From assembly GCA_027296045.1 (NCBI GenBank), contig JAPUJS010000354.1, positions 1-36,716 on the forward strand: a stretch of 36,716 nt of DNA. The letters are read 5' to 3'. Source of the DNA: a bacterium. Lineage in GTDB: Bacteria; Latescibacterota; UBA2968. Position 1 is the stretch's first letter; each line of letters begins with the position of its first letter. The position numbers were made by a program, and so were the translations under genes. Positions 1 through 9,049 of this stretch are shown in pieces. The notes beneath the pieces are model-generated. The model did no database searches. It saw only the letters and a list, made by a program, of their open reading frames with translations, and was not told the origin of the DNA.

Positions 1-1
1 A

Positions 2-97
2 GCCAAAAAGACTAAGGATGTGAACTGGCTACACCTTCAGTCCAAAACCCTCTCCTGTAACAACCCGAAAAATCTTCCACCGGTAGCAAAACGGTAG
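2..97 (+). CDS. 3' end of a gene running in from the left edge, possibly a tyrosine integrase tail
   Basis: Frame 2 is open from the edge to TAG at 95-97 (AKKTKDVNWLHLQSKTLSCNNPKNLPPVAKR*) and converges on a tRNA 3' end. No catalytic motif is visible, so the identity is inferred from context only. Confidence 0.25.
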   Translation, partial: AKKTKDVNWLHLQSKTLSCNNPKNLPPVAKR

Positions 98-99
98 CA
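81..99. repeat. Direct repeat CGGTAGCA x2, candidate integrase arm-type sites
   Basis: cggtagca at 81-88 and 92-99, about 60 bp from the tRNA 3' end. Confidence 0.4.
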
Positions 100-114
100 G
101 TGGGGTATTTGAAC

Positions 115-148
115 AAAAAAGCGGGTCACGCCACATTGACGTAACCCG
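115..148 (-). terminator. Intrinsic terminator downstream of tRNA-Leu
   Basis: Minus strand CGGGUUACGUCA-AUG-UGGCGUGACCCG forms a 12-bp stem with G-U pairs, followed by a U6 run. Confidence 0.7.
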
Positions 149-158
149 TTGTTTTTAT

Positions 159-246
159 TGGTGCCGAAGAAGGGACTCGAACCCATACGGAGCAACGCTC
201 CACTACGCCCTCAACGTAGCGTGTCTACCAATTCCACCACTTCGGC
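159..246 (-). tRNA. tRNA-Leu(GAG)
   Basis: Reverse complement is GCCGAAGTGGTGGAATTGGTAGACACGCTACGTTGAGGGCGTAG...GGGTTCGAGTCCCTTCTTCGGCACCA. It has acceptor stem, D loop, anticodon GAG, long variable arm, TTCGA T-loop and encoded CCA. It lies downstream of secG as in many bacteria. Confidence 0.97.
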
Positions 247-255
247 AACAAGCGA

Positions 256-633
256 TTAATTTCCGCCCGTAGCGCCCCTATCTGTCGGGGCAACCTGGAT
301 AGGCAACTGCAAGGGTTGTGGGCCGGCCTGGGATTGGACCGGCACACCCCGCATCGCCTTCTCGGCGGCCGTCTGCGGAAGGCCTTCTTCGCTCCCTCTG
401 CCCGTATACCACAGCCCAATACAGGTGAGTGCAAACACAATGCCTATATAGGTGGTCACCCTGGCCAGAAAGGCATTGGCACCACCGCCGCCAAACATGG
501 CCCCACCACCGCCGCCCATTCCCCCAAAAGCACCCCCGGAAAGCCCGCCGCCTTTGCTCGACTGCAATAAAATGGAGACAACCAGGACAATACAGATAAT
601 CACATGAATAATCAACAAAATCGTTTCCATCAC
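256..633 (-). CDS. secG: Preprotein translocase subunit SecG
   Basis: Two TM segments, ILLQSSKGGGLSGGAFGG motif, position after tpiA. Confidence 0.93.
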   Translation of the reverse strand: MMETILLIIHVIICIVLVVSILLQSSKGGGLSGGAFGGMGGGGGAMFGGGGANAFLARVTTYIGIVFALTCIGLWYTGRGSEEGLPQTAAEKAMRGVPVQSQAGPQPLQLPIQVAPTDRGATGGN

Positions 634-645
634 ACACTCCAGAAC

Positions 646-1401
646 TTACAAAGCCGCCCGTACAATGGCGGCAAAAGAATCGGCTTTAAGAGATGCTCCG
701 CCAATCAGCCCGCCGTCTATATTGGCTTGACCAAACAACTCGTCGGCATTATCGGGCTTTACCGATCCGCCGTATTGAATGCGGACCGCCTGGCCAATCT
801 CATCGGAATACAACTGCCCCAACACCTCCCGAATAAACGCATGCACGGCTTCGGTCTGTTCGGGCGTTGCCGTCTCGCCTGTGCCAATGGCCCACACAGG
901 TTCGTAAGCCAGCACCACCTTGGAGGCATCGTCGCCTGAAATTCCGTCGAAGCCCCCGGTCACCTGGGTCCGAACCACGTCTTCGGTCACACCCGATTGA
1001 CGCTGCTCCAGGGTCTCGCCCACACACACAATGGGCGCCAGCCCTGCCGGGAGTGCAGCCTTCAATCGACGGTTCACTGTCTCGTCGGTCTCCCCAAAAT
1101 GCTGGCGCCGTTCAGAATGCCCTAATATAACGTAATCACAACCACATGTCAACAACATGCCCGCTGCAACCTCGCCCGTAAATGCCCCTTCCGATTCCCA
1201 ATGCATGGTCTGAGCGCCCAGTCCCACAGACGAGCCTTCCACCACACCTGCCACCCGTTCCAGAGCCGTAAAAGGCGGGCAGATGACCACGTCGACCGCC
1301 TCCACTCCGCCCACTGCTTCCACCACCCCCCGGGCGAGGGCTTCTGCCGCTTCCGAATCCTGATTCATCTTCCAATTCCCTGCAACAATCGGTTTTCTCA
1401 T
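646..1401 (-). CDS. tpiA: Triosephosphate isomerase
   Basis: AGNWKMN, GHSERR, AYEPVWAIGTG, YGGSVKP and GGASL motifs. Confidence 0.98.
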   Translation of the reverse strand: MRKPIVAGNWKMNQDSEAAEALARGVVEAVGGVEAVDVVICPPFTALERVAGVVEGSSVGLGAQTMHWESEGAFTGEVAAGMLLTCGCDYVILGHSERRQHFGETDETVNRRLKAALPAGLAPIVCVGETLEQRQSGVTEDVVRTQVTGGFDGISGDDASKVVLAYEPVWAIGTGETATPEQTEAVHAFIREVLGQLYSDEIGQAVRIQYGGSVKPDNADELFGQANIDGGLIGGASLKADSFAAIVRAAL

Positions 1402-2615
1402 AACGCCTCCTTCGCATCCGCCTCTTTCTCGGCCAGAGCGGACACCCCGGGCAGCGTTTTGCCTTCCAGAAACTCCAGGGAAGCCCCACCACCAGTCGAT
1501 ACATGGCTCAGTTTGTCTGCAAATCCAAAATCCGCTACCGCAGCGGCTGTCTCTCCCCCCCCCACAATGGTGGTTGCCCCTTGTTCTGTGGCCTGCACAA
1601 GGGCTTCTCCAACCGCCCGAGTGCCTTTGGAAAACGAATCCATCTCACACACGCCCAGCGGCCCATTCCAAACAATTGTCTTGCCCTTCAAAACCACCTC
1701 TGAAAACTGTCGGGCCGTCTCCGGGCCAATATCAAAACCTTCCATATGGACAGGGATCTGTCCCCGACCAACCGTTTGGATCGGCACCCCCTCGGCCATC
1801 TGGGATGCCACAACTGTATCGACCGGCAGCAACAGGTCCACATCTTCCTCTTCCGCCTGTTTGAGCAATGCTTCGGCAACCTCAATCCGGTCGACCTCCA
1901 GAATCGAATTTCCAATCTCCAGCCCCAGAGCCTTAAAAAAGGTAAACGCCATTCCCCCACCAATCAGCAGCGTATCCACCTTTGGAAAAAGATTTCCGAT
2001 CACATCAATCTTACCCGAAATTTTGGCACCGCCTATAATGGCCACAAACGGCCGGGCCGGATCGGCAAGCGCCCCACCCAGATAATCCAGTTCTTTTTGC
2101 ATCAAAAACCCCGACGCACAATCCACCATATAATGTGTCACGCCTTCGGTCGATGCATGGGCCCGGTGTGCCGTACCAAAAGCATCGTTCACATACATCT
2201 CCCCCAATTCCGCCAACTGCCGGGAAAAACCGGGGGCATTTTCCTCCTCGTCGGGATGGAAACGCAGATTTTCCAGCAATACCACCGCCCCCTCCGGCAT
2301 CCGTTTGAGCCCATCCATCACCTCATCGCCCACACAATCCGGTGCCAGGATCACCTCTCTGCCGAGCAACCCCGCAAGGGCTTCGGCAACCGGCTGGAGC
2401 GACAAATTGGGCACAACGGTCCCACCCGGCCGGCCCAGGTGTGACATCAGCACCGGGTGCCCCCCCTCATCCAGAATGTGTCGAATCGTCGGCAAAGAAG
2501 CCTGAAGCCGGGTATCATCGGCAACCTGCCCACTTTCAAGCGGCACATTAAAATCCACCCGCACCAGCACCCGCTTGCCCGAAAGATCCAGATCGGTGAT
2601 CGACAACTTGCTCAA
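1398..2615 (-). CDS. pgk: Phosphoglycerate kinase
   Basis: RVDFNVP, SHLGRP, LLENLRF, NDAFGTAHRAHAS and STGGGASLEFLEGK motifs. Start reassigned to TTG at 2615 (GGAGA SD upstream) because the ORF-track start at 2750 overlaps gap. Confidence 0.96.
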   Translation of the reverse strand: MSKLSITDLDLSGKRVLVRVDFNVPLESGQVADDTRLQASLPTIRHILDEGGHPVLMSHLGRPGGTVVPNLSLQPVAEALAGLLGREVILAPDCVGDEVMDGLKRMPEGAVVLLENLRFHPDEEENAPGFSRQLAELGEMYVNDAFGTAHRAHASTEGVTHYMVDCASGFLMQKELDYLGGALADPARPFVAIIGGAKISGKIDVIGNLFPKVDTLLIGGGMAFTFFKALGLEIGNSILEVDRIEVAEALLKQAEEEDVDLLLPVDTVVASQMAEGVPIQTVGRGQIPVHMEGFDIGPETARQFSEVVLKGKTIVWNGPLGVCEMDSFSKGTRAVGEALVQATEQGATTIVGGGETAAAVADFGFADKLSHVSTGGGASLEFLEGKTLPGVSALAEKEADAKEAL

Positions 2616-2634
2616 AGCAAGATCTCCCAAAACA

Positions 2635-2690
2635 GTTCCGGGTTCCGAACCGCCCTTTTCCGAGGGCAGAGCAAACCCGGAACCCGGAAC
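2635..2690. repeat. Intergenic inverted repeat (stem-loop) between gap and pgk
   Basis: GTTCCGGGTTCCG (2635-2647) pairs perfectly with CGGAACCCGGAAC (2678-2690), with an inner GCCCT/AGGGC stem. Confidence 0.8.
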
Positions 2691-2695
2691 CCAAT

Positions 2696-3724
2696 TTACA
2701 TCTTCGACAGCTTCTGAATCAAATCCACACACCGGTTGGAATAGCCCCACTCGTTGTCATACCAACCACACACCTTGACCATGGTGGATTCCATCACATC
2801 GGTCAATGGGGCGTCAAAAATGCACGAATGGGCATTGCCGATAATATCTGCCAACACCAGCGGATCTTCCGAATATTCCAGAATGCCTTTCAACCGACCG
2901 CCGGCAGCACGTTTAAAGGCCGCGTTCACCTTTTCGGGTGTCACATCCTTTTTCAAAATTGCTACAAAATCCGTAAAGGACCCATTGGGCGTCGGAACGC
3001 GCAAAGCCATCCCGTTCAGTTTGCCGTTCAATTCCGGAAGCACCTTGCCCACCGCACTGGCCGCACCCGTTGTGGTCGGAATAATCGATAAGGCCGCAGA
3101 TCGGGCCCGTCGCAGGTCTCTGTGGGGCGCATCGATCAAGCGCTGTTCGCCCGTATAGGAATGAATCGTCGTCATCAATCCCCGTTCCACACCAAAGGCC
3201 TCGTGCAAAACACTTACCATCGGGGCCAGACAATTGGTTGTACACGACGCATTTGAAATCACCCGATCGCTGGCCTTTAGGATATCATCGTTGATCCCCA
3301 TCACCACCGTGGGCACCTCTCCTGTAGCGGGTGCAGAAATAATGACCCTTTTTGCACCCGACCGGCCCAGGTGGGCGCTTGCGGCTTCTCGGTCCGTAAA
3401 AAAGCCCGACGACTCGACCACCACATCCACTCCCAACAATCGCCAGGGCAGATTGGCCGGATTGGTATCCGACAATACCGCAATCTTTTTGCGCCCCACC
3501 ACCAGAGCATCCACCTTTTTTTTGCCCACCTTCACCGCCCCTTCCTGAACCCCCACGCGACCGGGATAGGCTCCGTGGGTGGAATCGTATTTTACCAAAT
3601 GGGCAAGCGAGTGGGCATCGGTCAAATCATTCACCGCCACCACATTCACACCCCGGTCCAGGGCCGCCCGAAAAACCAACCGCCCAATACGTCCAAAACC
3701 ATTAATACCAACTTTTATTGCCAT
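2696..3724 (-). CDS. gap: Type I glyceraldehyde-3-phosphate dehydrogenase
   Basis: [30 protein letters not shown] and WYDNEWGYS motifs, with a GGAGG SD. Confidence 0.98.
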   Translation of the reverse strand: MAIKVGINGFGRIGRLVFRAALDRGVNVVAVNDLTDAHSLAHLVKYDSTHGAYPGRVGVQEGAVKVGKKKVDALVVGRKKIAVLSDTNPANLPWRLLGVDVVVESSGFFTDREAASAHLGRSGAKRVIISAPATGEVPTVVMGINDDILKASDRVISNASCTTNCLAPMVSVLHEAFGVERGLMTTIHSYTGEQRLIDAPHRDLRRARSAALSIIPTTTGAASAVGKVLPELNGKLNGMALRVPTPNGSFTDFVAILKKDVTPEKVNAAFKRAAGGRLKGILEYSEDPLVLADIIGNAHSCIFDAPLTDVMESTMVKVCGWYDNEWGYSNRCVDLIQKLSKM

Positions 3725-3830
3725 TTCAATCCTCCGCTAAGATGTCCGCGACCCAACGCCCCATTCCCGAAAAACCATCTCCTCGCGTCACCCCCAGGTT
3801 CCCCTTGTAGGGCGCACGAAGAGACCGCTC

Positions 3831-4865
3831 CTAACCAAAAAAGACCTTTGCAATATCGTATAATCCCATATCCACGGTGCGCAACTTGGCCACCGCATCC
3901 TCAATATCGACCGAAACAATTTCTGTGCCCTTGAGTGCAACCATCCTCCCGAACTCGCCGTTGTGAACCATATCGATCGCGCCAATGCCAAACCGCGTGC
4001 CCAACACCCGGTCAAACGCCGTGGGGCTGCCCCCACGCTGAATATGTCCCAAAACCGTCGCCCGGCTTTCATAACCCGTACGCTTTTCAATCTCCGCGCT
4101 CAGCAAGTTCCCAATCCCGCCCAACCGTACGTGGCCAAAAGCATCTTTTTCTTGGGATTGCAACACCATCCCATCGGCAAGCTTCGCCCCTTCGGCCACC
4201 ACGACAATACTGAATGTCTTGCCCCTGTTGTGGCGTTTTTTGATAATCTCACAGACCTCGTTCAAAACAAAAGGTTTTTCCGGGATCAAAACCACATCGG
4301 CACCGCCCGCGATGCCTGCCTCCACGGCAATCCAACCCGCATGGCGGCCCATGACTTCTACCACCATGACCCGGTTGTGAGACTCGGCAGTGGTGTGCAA
4401 GCGGTCGATCGCTTCCATCACAATATTGATTGCCGTGTCAAACCCAAACGTCTGGTCTGTGCCATTCAGATCATTGTCAATGGTTTTGGGCACGCCCACC
4501 ATCTGAGCCCCCATGCGACACAACTTGCTGGCCACACCAATAGTATCATCTCCACCAATGGCAATCAATGCATCCAGGCCCATTGCCTTCATATGATCCA
4601 GCACAATCTGGCCTCCGTTTTCATCCTGAAACGGGTTGGTCCGGGAAGTCCCCAAAATGGTCCCGCCTCGCGGCAAGATCCCGGACACGGCATCCAAACT
4701 CAAAGGACGGGCCAGTTGCTCCATCATACCGCGCCACCCCTCTTCCACACCCACAATCTCATACCCATAGGTAAGAATCCCCTTCCGGGTCACCGCCCGA
4801 ATCACGGCATTCAGCCCCGGACAGTCTCCCCCTCCCGTTAAGACTCCGACACGTTCGACAGACAT
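3831..4865 (-). CDS. pfkA: 6-phosphofructokinase, PfkA family group III, PPi-type signature
   Basis: TGGGDCPGLN, GGDDT, PKTIDND, EVMGRHAGWIA and LGHIQRGG motifs. ATG at 4865 is preferred over GTG at 4874 on SD spacing. Confidence 0.93.
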   Translation of the reverse strand: MSVERVGVLTGGGDCPGLNAVIRAVTRKGILTYGYEIVGVEEGWRGMMEQLARPLSLDAVSGILPRGGTILGTSRTNPFQDENGGQIVLDHMKAMGLDALIAIGGDDTIGVASKLCRMGAQMVGVPKTIDNDLNGTDQTFGFDTAINIVMEAIDRLHTTAESHNRVMVVEVMGRHAGWIAVEAGIAGGADVVLIPEKPFVLNEVCEIIKKRHNRGKTFSIVVVAEGAKLADGMVLQSQEKDAFGHVRLGGIGNLLSAEIEKRTGYESRATVLGHIQRGGSPTAFDRVLGTRFGIGAIDMVHNGEFGRMVALKGTEIVSVDIEDAVAKLRTVDMGLYDIAKVFFG

Positions 4866-4989
4866 TTCTGACACCCCTCTCTAAAATCAAAGAGACAGAT
4901 TTTCTGATATGCTCAGAAATCGGCCTGCATCCGGCTGTCAGAGCCCCTCCCGGCCCAACAGCCGTAAGCGTTCAAATCCAAAGCCTTTA

Positions 4990-5018
4990 AATTTATAAGA
5001 TGACCCCCAGAGTGTCAA
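4990..5018 (-). promoter_or_regulatory. Sigma70-type promoter of the glycolysis operon
   Basis: TTGACA (5018-5013), 17 nt, TAAATT (4995-4990). Confidence 0.7.
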
Positions 5019-5043
5019 GAAAATGTTGCACAACCAATAAAAA

Positions 5044-5056
5044 AATCAACAGGTTG
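5044..5056 (+). promoter_or_regulatory. Candidate IHF site
   Basis: AATCAACAGGTTG matches WATCAANNNNTTR, preceded by an A-tract, just upstream of the pfk promoter. Confidence 0.4.
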
Positions 5057-5061
5057 AAATC

Positions 5062-5796
5062 TTATGTGGCCTTCCCTTTCTCCCGATCCTGAACCGGGCT
5101 TGCCACGGCTGCCACCAAAACCTGCTCACACCCTTCGGCCTTCAAAGCCCGTGCACATGCATTCACCGTTGCACCAGTCGTCATCACATCGTCCACCAGT
5201 AAAATGCGTCGGTGTTCGACGGGCCGACAGACTCGAAATGCCCCCTCCACATTGGCCCTGCGCCCCCCGGCATCCAGGGCTGTCTGTGTCTCAGTTGCCC
5301 GGACCCGTTCCAGGATCCGTTCGTCAACCACCCCATCGACCACCTCTGCCAGGGCGCGAGCCAGAACGGCGCTTTGATTATACCCCCGCTCACGCCTCCG
5401 ACTCCCGTGAAGCGGAACCGGCACAATGAGGGTCTCCGGTTCCCACCCCTGCCTATCCTGAATATACCTCCCGAGTTGATGGCCCAGGATGCGCCCGGAA
5501 AGGGTCTTGCCCTGATATTTCAACTGATGAACCAGTTGTCTTACCTTATCATTAAAATCATACAAAATAAAGAGTTGATCATAATCCCAGGTCCTGCCCC
5601 GACAGGGCACACAAGGGTCTGCTGCCGGACCTCCGCAATGGATACACCGAACCCCTTGCATCGGTTTCAGATCGATCATACAGGTCGGACAGATGTGCTG
5701 CGCCACTCCTGATAGAGGAGTTTGACAGAGCAAACAGTGCGGGGGATAAAGCAAATCCAGCACAGCCTGCCAGAGCAAGGAAAAAGCCTGTCTCAT
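5062..5796 (-). CDS. comF: ComF family protein (double zinc ribbon plus phosphoribosyltransferase)
   Basis: LLYPPHCLLC, several CxxC pairs, VPVPLH..RRRERGYNQS and LLVDDVMTTGAT. ATG at 5796 has a GGAG SD. Confidence 0.92.
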   Translation of the reverse strand: MRQAFSLLWQAVLDLLYPPHCLLCQTPLSGVAQHICPTCMIDLKPMQGVRCIHCGGPAADPCVPCRGRTWDYDQLFILYDFNDKVRQLVHQLKYQGKTLSGRILGHQLGRYIQDRQGWEPETLIVPVPLHGSRRRERGYNQSAVLARALAEVVDGVVDERILERVRATETQTALDAGGRRANVEGAFRVCRPVEHRRILLVDDVMTTGATVNACARALKAEGCEQVLVAAVASPVQDREKGKAT

Positions 5797-5891
5797 CGAC
5801 GATTCTCCCAAACGTGATCTGGATCACGAACACAAGCCTCTAAATGAACCATGTTCATAATATATAGTGTGCCAAAGCCCCAGAGGAAACC

Positions 5892-6254
5892 ATGTCCAAA
5901 CACATCCTGGTCATCGACGACGAAGCCGAATTCCGCAATGCCGTGAAAGAGATCCTGTCTCTCGACGGCTATCAGGTGGACATTCCCCACTACCTGGCCT
6001 CGGCCGTAGCTTCTGCTTTGCAGGGCATTCACGATCTCATTATTTTAGACCTGAGAATGCCCGGCCTGGACGGGCTTGAAATTGCCCGCCTGTTTCGAGA
6101 CCAGGGCCTGAAAACGCCCATCCTGGTCATTTCCGGCTATCTCTCCGATACGGTCCCCGCCCAATTACATCAAATCGGTATCCAGCATACCCTGCCCAAA
6201 CCCTCCGGGATTCCACAGCTTTTCGATGCCGTCAAAAAAGCCCTCGCTGCATAG
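5892..6254 (+). CDS. Single-domain response regulator (REC only)
   Basis: ILVIDDE, LIILDLRMPGLDG, ISGY and KP motifs; 120 aa. Confidence 0.92.
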   Translation: MSKHILVIDDEAEFRNAVKEILSLDGYQVDIPHYLASAVASALQGIHDLIILDLRMPGLDGLEIARLFRDQGLKTPILVISGYLSDTVPAQLHQIGIQHTLPKPSGIPQLFDAVKKALAA

Positions 6255-6280
6255 ACTTTCCCTTCAAAATTGATTATCTT
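6252..6280 (+). promoter_or_regulatory. Possible sigma70 promoter for the HAD-YvcK operon
   Basis: TAGACT (6252-6257), 17 nt, TATCTT (6275-6280). Confidence 0.4.
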
Positions 6281-6402
6281 ACATACCCGTCGGCAGCCGG
6301 CGACCGCCTCTCGATTCGCCCCTCCTGGATGGAGAGAGATCGCCGATTGCCGCACAGGTTTTCGATGTGTCCATTCACCCACGCACCCTGGAATCCGAAA
6401 CG

Positions 6403-8367
6403 ATGATGAACAATGTCCGTGCGATTATCTTCGACCTCGACGGCACCCTATTCGACCTCAACCCCCTGGTTCGCAACGCCCGGCAGAGAGTCGCCTACTT
6501 TCTCCACCAAAATGAGCTCTTCGCCTCCCGGGCCTATGCGTTGCGACGGCTCAACAGCCTGGAACGACGCCATGGCCCGTATTATTCCTCCTCCCCCTAT
6601 TATTTCGCCTTCTACGATATCGCCAAGGCCCTCTTTAAAGACAAACCCGAACGCATCCGTCAACTAACCCGAAAAACAGATCCCGATGCCGATCCAATCG
6701 AAGCCTTTGTCGGCGTGCTCGAACAGATCTACAATGCCGAAGATGTAGAAGACATCGCGCCCTACCCCGATGCCGTGCAGACCCTGGCCGAGCTTCGAGA
6801 AGCAGGCTACCTCCTCTTTCTGGTCACCCTGGGCAGGTCTTCTCGTCAGAAGAACAAAATCAACCGACTGGGCATTGGTCCCTATTTCCATCGCATCATC
6901 AACGAAGGCCCGCCTTCTCACGACTACTGGTTTGGAGAGATCTTACAGGACCAAAAATTAAGTCCGGATCAAGTCGTCGTCATCGGTGACCGCACCCAGG
7001 ACGAAATTCGGGCGGGCAACCGATTGGGCTTGCACACCGTGTGGATGCACCGGGGCCGATTTTCGGACACCGAACCCGGCGAAGGCGATCGACCAGACCA
7101 CCAGATCCAATTCCTTGCGCAGCTGCCCACCCTGCTTCACCTGGCCAAACGGGGCAAAAATACGGCCCAACTTAAAATAACCGTCATCGGTGGAGGCACC
7201 GGACTGCCCACCGTTTTGCGGGGTATGCGAACCTACACGGAAGCTCCCACAGCCATCGTCGCCGTTACCGACACCGGCGCATCCTCGGGGCGCATCCGCT
7301 GGAATCTGGGCGTTCCACCGCCCGGCGATATCCGCAATGTGCTCACTGCCCTGGCCGACCCCGACCGCATTTCTCCGGGCCTCTTCCGGGTCTTTCAGCA
7401 CCGGTTTCCCAACAGCGAAGCCGAATCGGGCATTTTCAAAAACGACCACATCGGCAATTTTCTTGTAGCCGCTCTCACCCAGCAATTGGGCGACTTTAAC
7501 AAAGCCATCCAAACCGCATGCAGCATGCTACATATCCGGGGCACCATCCTGCCAGCCAGCCAGGACAATGTGGACATTTGCGCCGAGTTGGAAAACGGGG
7601 AACACCGCTACACAGAATGGATGGTCCGCAAACCCGGCAAACCCCCGCTCAAACGCGCCTACTTGGTCCCCAACGAAGCCATCTTGAAAGAACTCGACCG
7701 AAAAGGCGGCGGACTGAAAAGGATTATTGATCCGGAAACCGGCCAGGTCGAAGTCCAGGCCCGCCGCAAAAAACCAGTGGATCTTCCCCAAAACCAGGCC
7801 AAGGCGCCTCCCGAAGCACTCCAGGCCATCGCCGAGGCCGACATCGTGGTCCTGGGTCCTGGCAGTCTGTTCACCAGTGTCATTACCGATCTCCTCGTGC
7901 CCGACATCCAGAAGGCCCTGCTGGACCGCACCCATGGCCTGACCCTTTATGTGTGCAACATTGTCACCCAGCCAGGCCAGGCCGACGGCTTTAAGGCCTC
8001 CGATCACCTCCGGGCAATCCGCCGCCACTTCCCGCAAAACAAACGGACCAGCGTGGTCGATCATATGCTGGTCCAGGATCCTCGAATCTTTCAAACCCCC
8101 AAAAGCCGTCCCTGGCACCCCCTTCTCAAACAGTATGAAAAAGACGGCAAAGAACTGGTCGAATGTGACAGCGATACCCTCGACGCCCTCGTGCCCTGGA
8201 CCCTGGCCGACCTGGTGGAAGAATTTCAACCCGATATCATGGACCGGGGCGTCGGCGATTTTATCAGCCACGACTCCCACAAAGTGGCCGACGCCATTTG
8301 CCGAATCTATTGCGGACTCAAAGTTCCCGACTACTGGGGCCTCCAGGAGGACACCGATGCCCGTTAA
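6403..8367 (+). CDS. Fusion of an N-terminal HAD-family hydrolase and a C-terminal YvcK/GlmR (CofD-like) domain
   Basis: N-terminal IIFDLDGTL...VIGDRTQDEI...G motifs. C-terminal VIGGGTGL, VTDTGASSG, PPGDIRN, H.IGN, LGPGSLFTSV and NIVTQPGQ motifs are YvcK signatures. Start set at ATG 6403. Confidence 0.88.
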   Translation: MMNNVRAIIFDLDGTLFDLNPLVRNARQRVAYFLHQNELFASRAYALRRLNSLERRHGPYYSSSPYYFAFYDIAKALFKDKPERIRQLTRKTDPDADPIEAFVGVLEQIYNAEDVEDIAPYPDAVQTLAELREAGYLLFLVTLGRSSRQKNKINRLGIGPYFHRIINEGPPSHDYWFGEILQDQKLSPDQVVVIGDRTQDEIRAGNRLGLHTVWMHRGRFSDTEPGEGDRPDHQIQFLAQLPTLLHLAKRGKNTAQLKITVIGGGTGLPTVLRGMRTYTEAPTAIVAVTDTGASSGRIRWNLGVPPPGDIRNVLTALADPDRISPGLFRVFQHRFPNSEAESGIFKNDHIGNFLVAALTQQLGDFNKAIQTACSMLHIRGTILPASQDNVDICAELENGEHRYTEWMVRKPGKPPLKRAYLVPNEAILKELDRKGGGLKRIIDPETGQVEVQARRKKPVDLPQNQAKAPPEALQAIAEADIVVLGPGSLFTSVITDLLVPDIQKALLDRTHGLTLYVCNIVTQPGQADGFKASDHLRAIRRHFPQNKRTSVVDHMLVQDPRIFQTPKSRPWHPLLKQYEKDGKELVECDSDTLDALVPWTLADLVEEFQPDIMDRGVGDFISHDSHKVADAICRIYCGLKVPDYWGLQEDTDAR

Positions 8368-9040
8368 AGGCATCCTCTTCGATCTGGACGATACCCTTTT
8401 CGACTGTACCGGCCAGCTTACCGGCCCTGCCCGTTTACGGGCCTCAACCATCTTTCAAAATGCACATTCCCATCTCAACCTGGACGACCTGTCCCAAGAC
8501 CAGGCCCGCCTGGCAGACACCCTCGGTTCCGGCGGGGCAATCGAAAAAATCGGCCGTGCCCACTGCCTTCCCAACGCCCTCGTTCAACAGGCCCTGGAAG
8601 CCTACAACCGCAACGAAGTAGAAGCCATCACGCCCTTCCCGGACGTCCCCGAAACCCTCACCAAACTAAGCGACCAGGGACTTGCCCTGGCCCTGGTGAC
8701 CACCGGACAGCCCGACCGCCAGCGCAGAAAAGTCCACCTGCTCCATCTAGACAGCTATTTTAGCGAACAACAGGGCACACTCATCCTCCACGATGAGCAC
8801 CAAAACCCCCTCAAAGACGACGCGCTTCGCCAGGCCGCTCAAAATCTGGACCTGCCGTTCCAACACCTGCTTGCTGTCGGCGACAAACTGGATGCCGAAA
8901 TCGCCGCCGCAAACCGCCTGGGGCTAACCACCGTCCGGATCCGCCACGGCCGACAAAAAGACCGTTCCCCCCAAACGCAGGAAGAACGCCCGGACCACGA
9001 AATCGACCGGATTTCGGACCTTCTCACACTGCTCATTTAG
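8357..9040 (+). CDS. HAD-family hydrolase
   Basis: ATG at 8357 with an AGGAGG SD, overlapping the upstream stop. ILFDLDDTL, LVTTG and VGDKLDAEI motifs. Confidence 0.9.
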   Translation: MPVKGILFDLDDTLFDCTGQLTGPARLRASTIFQNAHSHLNLDDLSQDQARLADTLGSGGAIEKIGRAHCLPNALVQQALEAYNRNEVEAITPFPDVPETLTKLSDQGLALALVTTGQPDRQRRKVHLLHLDSYFSEQQGTLILHDEHQNPLKDDALRQAAQNLDLPFQHLLAVGDKLDAEIAAANRLGLTTVRIRHGRQKDRSPQTQEERPDHEIDRISDLLTLLI

Positions 9041-9049
9041 CGATAGCAG

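Noticed and set aside
2616-2750. N-terminal extensions given by the ORF track for pgk, the second HAD, the first GT2, the channel and DmpA
   Set aside because: They overlap upstream genes. Downstream starts with an SD or stop-start coupling fit family lengths better.
3490-3560. Lys-rich insertion of about 10 aa in GAPDH
   Set aside because: It falls in a variable surface region and the cofactor and catalytic motifs are ordinary.
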